Source of the DNA: Mobula hypostoma
Taxonomy: Eukaryota
Length of the DNA stretch: 64,000 nt
Reading direction: 5' to 3'
Assembly: GCF_963921235.1 (NCBI RefSeq)
Contig: NC_086101.1
Coordinates: forward strand, 31,868,001 to 31,932,000
Shown here piece by piece: positions 23,958 through 36,790 of the stretch. The notes beneath the pieces were generated by a model. That model had not been told where the DNA came from and searched no databases. It was given only the letters and a program-made list of their open reading frames with translations. Position numbers and translations under genes: made by a program. Within the stretch, counting starts at the first letter, position 1, and each line of letters opens with the position of its first letter.

Positions 23958-24326
23958 CCAGTACTTAGTCGATTGGGTCGGGTATGGGCGGGAAGAAAGG
24001 AGTTTGGTTCCGGTCCATGGTATTTTGGATCCTGATCTGATTGCTAATTTTCATCGGGTTCACCCCGATTGCCAGGAGTTGCCTTCAGAAGGTGACGGGG
24101 GGAGGGGGCGGCGTGGATGGGATTGACACAGCCAGGGGTCATGTAAATGCCTTGTTTTGTTAGTTGATATGTGGTCTCTATTTGCTCAGCGTCACTTCGT
24201 GCGTTGTCCTTGGATTGTTTACCTTTTGTGTTTAATTGTTTGTCTTTGAACTAGCTCTGCCTTTTCACTGTTTGGCTGGTGTCCCATTTGGTATTATGGG
24301 GATTTTTAAACTCTTTGTATTTATTG

Positions 24327-25114
24327 TGTTACGTACCCTGTAACTGGGTTGCCAAACCAGCAGAAATGGACCACTTATTGGAGTCTGAATTACTAGGAAC
24401 TAATAAAGTTTTATTAAAGAAATAAATAACACAGTACTCTAATCGTAAGGATATAAATGCAACAGGTTAACAATGATAATACACACCTATACACAGAACT
24501 AGGGTAATAGGAATCAAACCAAGCTCTATCGCAGTCTAGGGGTAAAATGATCAGTCTTAAGTGACGCAGAGTTCAGTTCAGCTTAGTACAGTTCACAGTA
24601 ATCGCTGTTGTGCAGTTGGGGGGGGGGGAGATGCAATTTGGTTCAGGCAGACCTTTGATGTCTTCTATCCCACTGTGGTCACCAACTGTGACCCCTCCGT
24701 TCCGGATAAGATCGTTCTTCTGTGGCGAACCCGGCACCCAGGCAAGGGCGGACACACACACCAGGTTCCCACCAATCGTACCTTTACACCCTGTGAGTCT
24801 ATGGTCGGTTCCCGTGATCTGACCTCCAAACTCCCACCAACTTGTGGGGGCACACCGCTCTTTCCAGGGTCTTGTTGTCTCGTGGTGTCCCGTGCCTTAG
24901 CGAACCTGTTTTTTATCCCCCTGCTGGGGTATCGCCTGTCCATCAAACTTCAAACAGTTCAGGTTCAAAGCAACCGGTCTGTCAATATTCTGAATTGTGT
25001 TTCTTTTCTGTTAATCCCTCTCTCCTCTCTTATTAGCATTTTGAGCATTTTTCCATTGTCTCTCTTATCTCTCTCATTAGCATCAATCGTCCAATAGCTT
25101 GGTTTGGTGTCACA
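24327..25114 (-). mobile_element. Solo LTR
   Basis: TG...CA ends, 4 bp flanks ATTG/ATCG; reverse-complement homolog of 42874-43823. Confidence 0.8.
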
Positions 25115-25774
25115 ATCGCCAGTATTCGATGAGAGATAATTTAATTAGCACAACATTTCAATGTTTTGTATTGTAGTTGTTGGCTTTGAGAATTGTTGCT
25201 TTGTCTGGACATTTATGTTTTCGGTTTGAGCCTAAATTCCTCCGCGCCCCAGGGTATATTTCAGGAGGCCATACCAACCCCACTTGGTTCGGTCATTGTT
25301 CTTTGTCGGGTGAAAGTCTGACCAAGCTCTTCTCTGTATCAGTAGGCATTTGAGTTCATCGAGATTCTGTAGAAGTTATCTTGGCTCTTGTTAGTTTTCC
25401 TATATTGTTTTCTGTAAATTTTGTCTGAATGGACGATGTCTCTGTGATCCCTGCATGTTAGTTCGCTAGTGGCATTTACACCCACACTTACATCCATTCT
25501 CAACATCTCCTTCGGAAAGGAGGTCAGTGCATATAGTCCTGTCTACACCAGTGGTACTGAGGTCAAGAGGGTCGAAAGCTACAAGTTCCTAGACTATGCC
25601 TTAATTTCTTCTAACAAAGTGCTGTAAATGACCGTAAATTTCCCTACACTATATCCCATCTGTCATTTCTTTGCCCATTCCCCTAATCTGTCTACATCCT
25701 TCTGCAGACTCCCTGCTTCCGCAACAGTAAACACCCCTCCATTTATCTTTGTATCATCTGCAAACCTGACTCGC

Positions 25775-25890
25775 TCTTCCTTCAGTTAGTCCTGACGAAG
25801 GGTCTCGGCCTGAAAGATGGACTGCACCTCTTCCTACAGATGCTGCCTGGCCTGCTGCGTTCACCAGCAACTTTGATGTGTGTTGCACAA
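25775..25890 (+). mobile_element. Penelope-like 3' end with degenerate hammerhead-like core
   Basis: TAGTC CTGACGA AGGGTCTCGGCCT GAAA (25792-25815) followed by the GATGCTGCCTGGCCTGCTG tail. Confidence 0.6.
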
Positions 25891-25949
25891 AACCAGCATT
25901 GTTTTTCATCAAAGTCCAGTCATCTGGCCTCCCTCACCCTTGGGGCAGA

Positions 25950-28810
25950 GAATTCCATGACTCTTTCAGATCCTAAGAAATCTATTCCTTCTATGTTATC
26001 TATATTTTCTGAACTCAGTAGTTTTTCTGGGTATAAATTAAATTTACATAAAAGTGAGCTATTTCCTATTAATAATTACTGGGATCCAAATCACCAAGTA
26101 CCTTGTATTGCTAAATATTACTTTACCTACCTTGGTATTAAAATTACTAATTTTAAGGATCTCTATACATTTTTTCCCCATTAATTGGCTACACCAAACA
26201 AATACTTTCTAAATGGTCACCTATGACATTATCATTAAGTAGGTCGAATTAATACTATTAAAATGATAGTTTTACCGAAATTTTACCTATATTTCAGGCA
26301 GTTCTTTCCTTTGATCCTAAAAAGTTATTCGACAGAATAGATTCTATAATCTTAAATTTGGAACAATAAAAATCCCAGATTGATTAAACCCTTGCAGAAA
26401 TTAAAAAAGGATGGTGGTAAGGCTTTACCTAACTTTAGAATGTACTATTGGGCAATTATTATTCCATATTACTTTTTGGATTCACTATTCAGATATACAT
26501 GAAAGTCCTTCATGGTTGGATTTGGAGGAAAACTCGGTGAAAGGATTCTCTTTGGCCTCTTTACTAGGAGCTCCTCTTCCCTTTTTGTTTTCTAAGATTA
26601 GTAGACAAGATTTTAATCCCATTATTAAACATGCATTAAGAATTTGGTTTCAGTTTCGTAGATTTTTTGAGTTAAATAATTTTATTCTTTCTAGTAATAT
26701 CCATCTCAATTATTTTTTAAACCATCAATTTTGGATAAGGCCTTTTTAATTTGGAAACCCAAGGGAATAATAACTTCAGATTTGTTTTTAGGGGACTGTT
26801 TAATGTCTTTTTCTCAGTGGATAAATATGATTTATCTAATGTACACTTTTTTAGATATTTACAAATTAGGAATTTTTTTACGTGGTTTGTTGCCAAATTA
26901 CCCTTCTGCTTATCCACCTAATATGACAGATGCCCTCCTTCAGTTTAAACTATTTCAAAAAGAGTTGATAGCTATAATCTATAAATGGTTGTTGAACTTA
27001 TGAATGATATCTAATGATAAAATTAAATGTGCTTGGGAATCGGAATTTCAAGAGTCATTTTCAGATAATCAATGGAGTAAAATTTTTCATTTGGTTAACA
27101 ACTCATCTATTTGTGCCCGTCATTGCTTGATACAGTCAAGGTAGTGCACCGGGCCTATATGTCAAAGGATAAACTAGCGCTTATTTTCTCCAATATCAAT
27201 CCTATTTGAGACAGATGTAACACTGAGCTGGCCACTTTAACTCATGGATTGATCTTGTGTAAAGCTAGATAACTTTTGGAGAGATGTTTTTAAAACACTA
27301 TCAAAAGTTTTGGATCTGGATCTACAACCTAATTTGCTTATGGCAATTTTTGGGATTATCCCATTGGAAGCAGGAAATATTTGCTTTACTTTATCGTCGC
27401 CAAACAATTGATACTAGAGCATACAATCGTCAGTGATATTTGATTCCGTGCTTCCCGCTCCCTGGAGTACAAATCGATATTAAATAGTAAAAATTTAAAT
27501 TATAAATCATAAATAGAAAATAGAAAAGGGAAAGTAAGATAATGCAAAAAACCGAGAGACAGGTCCGGATATTTCGAGGGTACGGCCCAGATCTGGGTCA
27601 GGATCCATTCAGCAGTCTTATCACAGTTGGAAAGAAGCTGTTCCCAAATCTGGCCGTACGAGTCTTCAAGCTCCTAAACCTTCTCCTGGAGGGAAGCGGG
27701 ACAAAAAGTGTGTTGACTGGGTGGGTCGTGTCCTTGATTATCCTGGCAGCACTGCTCTGACAGCATGCGGTGTAAAGTGAGTCCAAGGACGGAAGATTGG
27801 TTTGTATGATGTGCTGGACTGTGTTCATGATCTTTTGCAGTTTCTTCCAGTCTTGGACAGGACAACTTCCACACTAGGTTGTGATGCACCCTGGAAGAAT
27901 GCTTTCTACGGTGCATCTATAAAAATTAGTGAGGGTTTTAGGGGACAGGCCAAATTTCTTTAGTTTTCTCAGGAAGTAAAGGCACTGGTGTGCCTTCTTA
28001 GCAGTGGACTCTGCTTGGTTGGACCAAGTCAGGTCATTTGTGATATTGACCCCGAGGAACTTAAAGCTTTTGACCTGTTCCACTTGCGCACCACCGATGT
28101 AAATTGGGTTGGGCGGTCCGCTACTCCTGAAGTCAACAACCAATTCCTTCGTCTTGCTGACATTGATGGATAGGTTATTGTCTTCACACCATGCCACCAG
28201 GTTCTTAATTTCCTCTCTGTACTTGTATATTCCTGTTTCCGCTCAATGTATGATGGCCTTTTCGACCTTACTGGCTAGGAGAGCCATTTTATTGAAGTGG
28301 AAGGATTCTAATCCACCTACGGTCTTTTATTGGTTTTCCTCCATGTCCTGTTTAAGTTTAGAGAAAATAAGAAGTTGAACATTTGATACATCCTTTAAAT
28401 TTGAGCAAATCTGGTGACCTTTTATCCAATATTTTCATTTAATTTGATTTATTACTCTTTCAATTTTTTTTCAAAGTTTTAGATTTGATCAGAAAGTCTT
28501 TTTTTTTTGTCCTATCCTCAAAATGGACTGCCAGTCACTTTTTTTTTGTTTTTTGTTTTTTTTAATATAGTATCGTGGGTTTTTTTCTTCAGTTAAAACT
28601 TAATGTTTTTTTTCTTTTTTTCATAAACTGATGAGAATTGCTGTGTTCAGTTTATAATTATATATTTTACACTAGTTTAACAAAATCTATGATTTTGACA
28701 ATGTCCATCTCAATCTTGGTTTGTATTGTTACTGATATATATATTAGATAATTCTTCTCGATTGTATTTATGCTCCTTTTAAACCAATAAAAAGATTAAT
28801 AATGAAAGAA
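25950..28810 (+). mobile_element. 5'-truncated L1-clade LINE (ORF2 3' half and 3' UTR), interrupted by a Rex/Babar copy
   Basis: FSELSSFSGYKLNLHKSELFP and YFTYLGIKIT; later W..PTVFYW-like segment; AT-rich 3' UTR with AATAAA near 28786. Confidence 0.75.
27395..28215 (-). mobile_element. Rex1/Babar-like LINE 3' fragment
   Basis: WCEDNNLSINVSKTKELVVDFR...FKFLGVNITNDLTWS...LYFLRKLKKF. Confidence 0.85.
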
Positions 28811-30650
28811 AGAGAATTCTATGACTCACCACTGTCAAAAAGCAAGAATGTTCTATGAGCCTCAGTGTAAAAGGACTGGCCCATTATCTTGTACCTATGT
28901 CCCCTTGTTTGTGTCTCTCACTGGCGGAAATGTTTCAACATCTACCCTGTTAACCCCCGTTACAATCTTATATGTTTGAATAAGCTCACCCCTCATTCTC
29001 ATAAGCTCCAGAGAATGCAGATATAAACTACCTAACCTCCTGGACAGGATGACCCTCCCACCCAGACAGTAGCCTGGTGAATCTCCTCTGAATTGTTCCC
29101 ATTTCTAATATATATATATATATATCAGTTCTTGCATTCTCAGGGTGCAAGCACATATTTGATCTCGTGGGTAAACTAGGACACTCCCTCTGTCCCATCC
29201 ACTGGCACAGAATATACCCTGTCATGTTCACTGGCACACAACGATCCCCTGTGTTCTTTTCACTGGCACAGGGCACTGCCAGGCTGTGTAACAGCTTTTC
29301 CTTGAGGCTGTGAGACAAATGAATGCCCTGCCAACCCCAGGGTCAAAGCCAAAGTATATTTATTATCAAAGCATCTATACAGAATATAACTTCTCCCACA
29401 GACAGCCATGAAACAAGAAACATCATGGAACCAGTTCAAAGGAAATGTCAAACACCCAACCTGCGGGGAAAAAAAGAACAAACTGTGCAAACAGGAAACT
29501 GCGAGCGAACAGCACACAGAATATCAACATCAATCCAAGAGAAGAGGAGAATTCAGCTTAGTTTAGTTTAGACCACAGAGCCAGTCTTTGCCAAAATGTC
29601 CCAGTCTGCAACAATCGCCCAGATCAAATCACCAAAAACAGCAAAAGACAGCAACCAGAATCCAGAAACATAGGCAACATGAACCTCAAAGTCCCCAGAA
29701 ACGAATCCATAGCCCACCAATCATTGCAATGTGGTTTGCAAGACTCCTGTAATTTCCTCTGACAGCACGTAGCGAAAAGGAGGGGAAGTCAGGTCAAATG
29801 TAGGCAGGTGGTGTCGAACATCTGCCCGACCTCCACTCTCGTCTTCGTCGACTTCAACCTCAATCGGAGAGAAGCAATTGAGTCGATCATAGGCTCGCAC
29901 ACCATCTCCAGGCCTCCCGGTCGTACACTCCACTCCAAATCTCGCTGAACTCCAGTGGGGAGACAGCAAAGCGCCAGCTTACTCAATCAACCCAAGGACA
30001 CACCAGAAAATGTAAACAACAGGTTCCAATCACTGACAGATTAGTACTAGAATCATATTTGAAAGGAGAAGTAAAAGAAGTAGTTTCATGAACTGTCTGT
30101 CCGTTGGTCACTGGCGTAATCTTGGAGAGGTCACAGAGAGGTCTGATCATTAAGACAGTTCTACTCTCACTGGACGCTCTGGCAGATCCGGGAGTGTCCT
30201 GCTGCCACTCCGGGGCTGAAGGAGTGTTGTGACAGCAGACCAACCTGACAATTCCCAGCCAGCTTGGAGTGGTGTGTCCCCGCGATTGCAGGGCTGTGCG
30301 TGTGGTGTTGTGTAGTTAATATCTCAGAAGTATGAGTAATCTTGTATTAAGCATTCTTGTTTCTTTAAATAATTAATTAGGGGTTATATGTATAAATACG
30401 CGAATTGTGCATATCTTCATGCTACCATGTGATAAGTGCGTGCCTTGCTTAAAGTAAGACAAAACAAAGTACACGCCTAATCTCCCAACTCTCCTGTTTT
30501 CCTTTCAATTGGTTTAATGTTTTGAATTTACGAAATATAACAATAGATACCGACCTGTTGAAGCTCACTGAGGAACAGCGAGTGAAAGAAACAGCACAGC
30601 ATGTGCAAAGGCAGTCCATTTAAAACAGGCAAAAAACACTGAAGGTGGGA

Positions 30651-31323
30651 GGAGAAGATGGCGACGTGACGCAGCTCACAGCGGCCACTCTGGTGGTGTT
30701 ATCTGTCAAGTAGGGTGCTGTGCACAATCCTGATTTGATGGAGACGGACGTGAGAGCATGGAGGAACATCTGGAGAAACTTCTGAAATGCCTGCTTCGCT
30801 GCTGCTACTGTGTGGTCCAGAATCTCCGAAGGGGAAGGCCTCAAGTCCTCGGCTTTGCTTGTTGCTTGGCGGCCGGGGCAGGGTCGAAGCGCTTGGCAGA
30901 GGATGGTGCTCAGTGCTCGGTGTCAGAGGGCTGGTCGGAGGCTCGAAGTTTTCAGACAGACTCAGGGTCCGCTGCGGTCGGGTGCTTCCAATGGTGCTGC
31001 ATCGGCAAGTTTGTGGCGCTTAGAGGTTCATGGCAGGGAGAGTTTCTCCCTTCTACCGTCTGCGTGAGATGATGAGGCTATCGGGACTTGAGACTTTTTT
31101 TTACCGTGCCCATGGTCTGCTCTTTATCAAATTACGGTATTGGTTTGCACTGTTGTAACTATATGTTATAATTATGTGGTTTTGTCAGTTTTAGTCTTGG
31201 TTTGTCCTGTGCTTCTGTGATATCACTCTGGAGGAACATTGTATCATTTTTTAATGCATGCATTTCTAAATGACAATAAATGAGGACTGAGTGTCCTTAT
31301 AATCTAATCTAATCTAATCTAAT
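30651..31323 (+). mobile_element. Non-autonomous LINE-derived repeat with (AATCT)n tail
   Basis: Starts AGAAGATGGCGAC and ends AATAAA...(TAATC)n. A second partial copy lies at about 41670-42170. Confidence 0.6.
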
Positions 31324-31369
31324 TCAGGGGTCAAGGTTTAAAGGCATACAGTTTGCTCCAACCAAACCA

Positions 31370-33395
31370 GCAGAAATGAGCTTTACTGATATTGTGAAAG
31401 TAATGCAGGGACATTTAGAACCAAAGCCATTATTGATTACAGAACCCTTTAGGTTTTATAAACAGAGTCAAAAGGAAGGAGAGTCCATTTCATCGTATGT
31501 GGCTGAACGGAAGTAGCTGGTACTTTGGTAATGGGTTTACGGATGCACTGACAGATCATAAAGTTTGTAGAGTGTTACAAGAAAGCATTCAAACTCGGCT
31601 CCTAACTGAAGCTTAACTTACATTAAAAAGAGCAGTTCTGGCATAAGCACTTGATGGGGGTGAGTTTGCCGGAGAAACTGTCAGCTGACATGAATCATGG
31701 AGTGAGATTAGCCTGTGTTATGTGAGTTACTGAGGAAGGAAATAGCCTATCACTTCCATCGGTTAACCCAGTAGCAGAGGGTGTCATTTCCTATTTTGCC
31801 ATGATTTGTACCAAAACCAAAGTAAAGTCCGGGTTGCAACCTCTGCCTGACTTGGATGCTGGTCTGTGCGAGGGGGTAAAACTGCCTTGCAAGTTATGCA
31901 GGCAATGGCGCCATGAGAGATATGCTGGTCCTCCTGCCCCTGCTGATATTTGTACAGATGATGTGCTCATTGATGATTTGGAAGGGGTCGTTGAGGCCTG
32001 GAAGGGGCCTGGGAAGGTTGAACGCTCCCATCTCGATGGCAAACAACCAGTGGAGCAGCAGAGAGTGTTTGCTGATTTTTCACAGTTGTTTCAGCAGAGA
32101 CCAGGGCTGACAAAGGTCCTAACACATTCCACTGGGATCAGGGCTCTCTACACCAACACTGCCACAGAGTGTCAGAGTGAACAGTGGGAGCCCTGAATAA
32201 TGAGAAATCGGACCATGCTGGAGCTGGGAGTCAGCGAGCCTTCAGACAGTGAGTGGAGCTGTCCTATTGTTACTGTCCCCGGGAAGGATGGCACCCGGAG
32301 GTTACGCATTGACTTCCGGAAGCTGAATGCCATTTGTTTATTTGAAGCTTATCCCATGTCCCGTATCGATGACCTACTAGAAAGGATTGAAGGGACAAAC
32401 TCCATCACTACACTGGACCTTAGTAAAGGCTACTGGCAGGTTCCCCTGGATGACTGAACAAAATCCCTCACTCCCTTCCGCACCCCCTGGGTCTGCTTCC
32501 ATTCACCGAGATGCCCCTTGGTCTTCATGGTTCCCCAGCAATGCTCTAGCAGCTGATGGACGGAGTCCTGCAAGGTTGTGAGGACTGCAATGTGGCCCAC
32601 CTGGATGATGTGGTTGTCTAAAGGCAAGTGGTCACTGCACTTCAACCATTTGTGATGGACCGCGGGGAATATTCATGCTGCTGGTCTCACCCTTGATCTA
32701 CGAAACTGTGAGTGAGCAAAAAGGGAAGCTAAATATCGAGGCTGCCAGTTGGGACATGGAAAGTTTCGAGACCAGGTGGACAAAGTGGAAATGATCTACA
32801 ACAGTCCTCTGCCTCACACCAAGGAGGAAGTGAGGCCCTTCCTGGGTCTGGTATGGCAGGTTCAATTGCTAATACACCACTCTGGCCACACCTCAAACTA
32901 ATCTTACTGGAAAGTTTATAAGCAACCCACTGACATGGATAAGTGAGTGCGAGAACACTTTTCAAACCCTTAAAGCTCGGAGCCCTGACTTTGACAAACA
33001 GGTCTTTGTCCAGCTGGATGCCCCAGGAGGAGGTATTGGAGCAGTGCTGACCCCGGGAGTACCTGGACAAGAGCGCCCTGTCCTTTACCTGAGCCGACAT
33101 CTCCTCCCAAGGGAAACCAAGCCTTCCACCATTGAAAAGGAGTGTCTGGCCATTAAGTTGGCCCTTGGCGGCCTCTGGTACCACCTCCTTGGCAGGGAGT
33201 TTGACCTTTAAAGAGACCTCAGAGTGTTGACATGGATTCAGAGTATGAAGGGCCATAATGCCAGAGTGAGACAGTGGTAGCTGGAGCTCCAACCCTTCAA
33301 ATTCTGTGTCCATCATAAAGCAGGAAAAGGAATCTTCCTGCAGCCTGTCTGTCTCAGGAGCCAAACATCATCGCTGAAGGAGAGGAGGGTGGTAA
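31370..33395 (+). mobile_element. Gypsy LTR-retrotransposon gag/pol remnants
   Basis: gag-like FRFYKQSQKEGESISSYVAE; RT WSCPIVTVPGKDG..RIDFRKLN...YPMSRIDDLLE...TLDLSKGYWQVP; RNase H-like remnants at about 33000-33300. Confidence 0.8.
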
Positions 33396-33996
33396 TGTGA
33401 CGGAGAGTGCTTGGTAAACGTGTTCCTTACACATCCACATTTTCACACAAACACATAAATGCGCACGTTGCCTTGTCATTCTGTTACCCTCCTGCCGAGT
33501 GTGTACACTTCAATGTCGTTTTTCCGGTATATCCTTAGAATTGGTTGTCTTTCTATTTAACAAGGAAGTGTGTATACATTATTTGTATAGTATATTTAAG
33601 ATAATTGGTTCTGTTTATTTTGTAATATGATTGTAACTACATTATGGGGTGCATCATATTCTAATTCATGTGTCGTTCATGTTGTTAACTTTGGGTAATT
33701 AAAGATGATATTTCCTCGTGCTTTAAAAATGGGGCAGTTCGCTCTCAGTGAGACAGAGATCAAGTTGCCACGATTTCACACTGGAAATAGTGTGGAGCTA
33801 TTTATTCTGTTTCTTGTAGATAGCTTTTTGTAAACATTGACAGTTTACTTGTATTCTTGTATTAGTGTATTCTTGTATTATTGACAGTTTTCTTGTGTAA
33901 AATTGATTTTTGACGCACTTAATAAACACCTTTCTGCTATGGTGCTAGGCGACTCCAGCCAGTTGTTTCTTCGGTCATAATCCACGAACCGTAACA
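33396..33996 (+). mobile_element. 3' LTR of the Gypsy element
   Basis: Polypurine tract AAGGAGAGGAGGGTGG directly before TG(33396); ends GTAACA(33996); internal AATAAA. Confidence 0.7.
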
Positions 33997-34200
33997 GCGG
34001 GGCAGCAGGCGGGAATATGGCAGCTCCTGCTCCCCAGTACACTTGATTGACAAGGTTAATCGCTGTGACGATTTTGTGAATAGAGTCTAATGTTGCAAAT
34101 TCCATTACATGACGAAAGCTGAAGAAAGCTTGAACCAGCCGTTGAATTGGTCTGCAGTGTTGATAGCTGTGACACTGTTCACATATTGAGACATTCTGGT

Positions 34201-34336
34201 CACGTGCTCAGTCTGGATGTCCAGGGAACTGGTGGCCTTGTCCAGGATCTGGATTCTGGGCTCTCGGAGCGGACCGCGGACGATGGCAATCCTCTGCTTC
34301 CGTCCCTCGGAGATCATGCACCTGATTCCTCTAATA
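34201..34336 (-). pseudogene. TAP2: TAP2-like ABC transporter relic, signature/Walker B exon
   Basis: ISEGRKQRIAIVRGPLREPRIQILDKATSSLDIQTEH after a ctttctgttgtcag acceptor. LSGGQ and the Walker B DE are decayed. End approximate. Confidence 0.75.
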
Positions 34337-34570
34337 CTGACAACAGAAAGACTTCAGGTTGCCACCAATAATGGACAGAGAGTCCTCACAGATAAACACA
34401 GACAAAATGCTGGAGGAACTCAACAGGTCAGGCAGCATCCATGAAAATTAATAAACAGATGACATTTTGGGCCAAGACCCTTCATCAAGTCTGTTACTAG
34501 TGTTACCAGAGTCACAAACATTCAGTATGTCCCATGTGACTGTGACAGGGGTGATTCTGTGTTCTGTTAC

Positions 34571-34729
34571 TGGATCATATCGGTGATCAATTCTATCGAA
34601 GAATGCCTGTGCATTGGCTCTCTCCACTGCCGCTGTGACGGCTGCTTGTGGGCAGTTCTATAGGTCGTAGCAGGTGTTGTACCTGATCGAGAACATGAAC
34701 AGCAGGAGCTCCTGTCCCACCAAGGACAC
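34571..34729 (-). pseudogene. TAP2: TAP2-like ABC transporter relic, Q-loop exon
   Basis: cag|VSLVGQELLLFMFSIRYNTCYDL*NCPQAAVTAAVERANAQAFFDRIDHRYDP, with an in-frame TAG at 34660-34658. Confidence 0.8.
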
Positions 34730-34959
34730 CTGCTTACAGTCTATCAGGGAGAGAATACTGTCAGTGTGTCAGGTAGAGAACACTGTAAGTGTGGCAGTGA
34801 GGGATGGTAAGTGTGTCGTGGCAGGTGTACTGTAAGTGTGTCAGGGTGAGAATATTGTAAGTGTGTCTGGGCAAGAATCTGTAAGTGTGTCAGATGTGGA
34901 AATGTATTTCACTTGTCGTAACAAAATGGCATTTTTCTCCAACAAAATGGAACAACCTT

Positions 34960-35560
34960 TTACTCAATGACAGCAAGACCAAGGAGCTGATTATTGACTT
35001 CAGGAGAAGGAAAACCGATCCATCATCCGCTCCTCATTGGAGGGTGAGAGGTGGAGAGGGTCAGCAACTTTCAATTGCTTGGTGTTATTATTTTGCAGGA
35101 CGGGTCTTGGGTCCCGGTTTTGGGTGTAAGTCCGGGGAATGAGCGGCAACCCCTCTGCCTCCTTATGATTTTGTGGAGACTCAGCGTGACACGTGAGACT
35201 TTGACCGGCTTCTGTGTATATGCGGTGGGGAGTATGTTGACTGGCTGCATCACAGCATCGTATGGAACCACTGATACCCTTCGGCAGAGAATCTGCAAGA
35301 AGTCCTTCACGGGTAAAGCCCTCCCACCAACTGAGCACGTGTCCATGAAACACTGTCACGGGAATGCTGCATCCATCATCGGGGACCCTATCACCCAGGG
35401 CGTATTCTTTTCCTGCTGCTGCCATCGGGAGGCGGGTACAGGGGCCTCAGGACTCATGCCACCAGGTTCAGGAGCAATTTCTGCCTCTCGGCCTTCAGAC
35501 TCTTGAACGGGGAGGCTTAACTTCTCTCAACTTCACCTGCCCCATCATTGAAATGATCCC
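34960..35560 (+). mobile_element. Rex1/Babar-like LINE 3' fragment
   Basis: LNDSKTKELIIDFRR, ERVSNFQLLGV, F..YAVGSMLTGCIT. Confidence 0.75.
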
Positions 35561-36049
35561 ACAACAAACGGACTCGCTTTCAAAGACTCTTCATCTCACA
35601 ATCTCAATATTTATTGCTTATTATTTATTTATTTATTTTAGTATTTGCAGTTTGTTGTCTGGTTGAATGTTCAAGTTGGGCAGTCTTTCATTGATTCTGT
35701 TATGGTTATTACTTTATTGATATTGAGTATGCCCACAAGGAAATGAATCTGGGGGTTGTATATGGTGACGTGTATGTACGTTGATAATAGATTTACTTTG
35801 ACCTTTGAACCAAAATGCTTTGCTAACTGTGTTTGTACAACATTATGCTGATGGACGTAGAGGACATGACAAATTGCAGAAAGACAAGCAGATATGGTTA
35901 CTGGAAGAATGCCAAGTCCACTGATTACGCAGACGATCAGAATGCACCCTGTCCCTGAACTGGCACGGGTAGATAACATTTGTGTACAAAAGAGTGACTA
36001 CGTTATTTGTTTTTTCGAAGCTACCGTCGTCTCCTGTGCGGTGACGGCT

Positions 36050-36790
36050 TCCCTTGCAGCAAATAAAATAAAAACGCTTACGATTGTGCTGCTTGAGTTA
36101 GGATTGTTTGTCTTCAGGTATTACAACCATGTGCTGAACAGAACTTGGATATTCCTCGGAGATCGTATATTTAGGTGCGATAGTGGAACAAGGGCTGGTG
36201 ACCCCTTGCTTCCGGGGAAACTTTAGCAGAGGAGTGATTACCAAAAGTAAGTTTGTTTTTTGCTGTTTGCCCTTTCACCTGAGGAATTACAGCTCACATT
36301 GAATGGTCTCCGTAAACAGCGCCACCACATGGTCAGAATTACAGGACTCTGGGTACAGAGACACTGTCTGAACTCGGAGGAGGTACAGGATGACACAACA
36401 TTGTCTCTACAACAGCTCCCAGCCACTCATGTGAGAGTGACAGTGATGAAACAAAAAGATTGACCCAATGCCAGGTGAAACTATTGCTAATCAATGTATT
36501 GACAAGCTAGTGGCAGATCAATCAACTAATGCTCAACTTTCTGCTGAAGGACAAGAAGTTATCAGATGACCCTGTGATTCTTAACAAAGAACAGCTGAAA
36601 GCATTTTAAACTTTAAAGGTGACATTGCGTACTGAATCTCATTAAATATCCCTGATACAGCTGGACAATTCACCTTGTATGTCAACAAGAAACACATATA
36701 GCTGTCCTAATTCAAGAACACGGAGACCGACAGCAACCTGTTGGATATGACTCTGCAAAGGATTTGATTCTATACACTAATGGGTTCTTG
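36050..36790 (+). mobile_element. Highly degraded retroviral/LTR pol remnant
   Basis: EIVYLG.IV, AF.TLK, PDTAGQFTLYV and AVLIQEHGDRQQPVGY resemble the RT connection region of fish class I ERVs. Confidence 0.45.
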
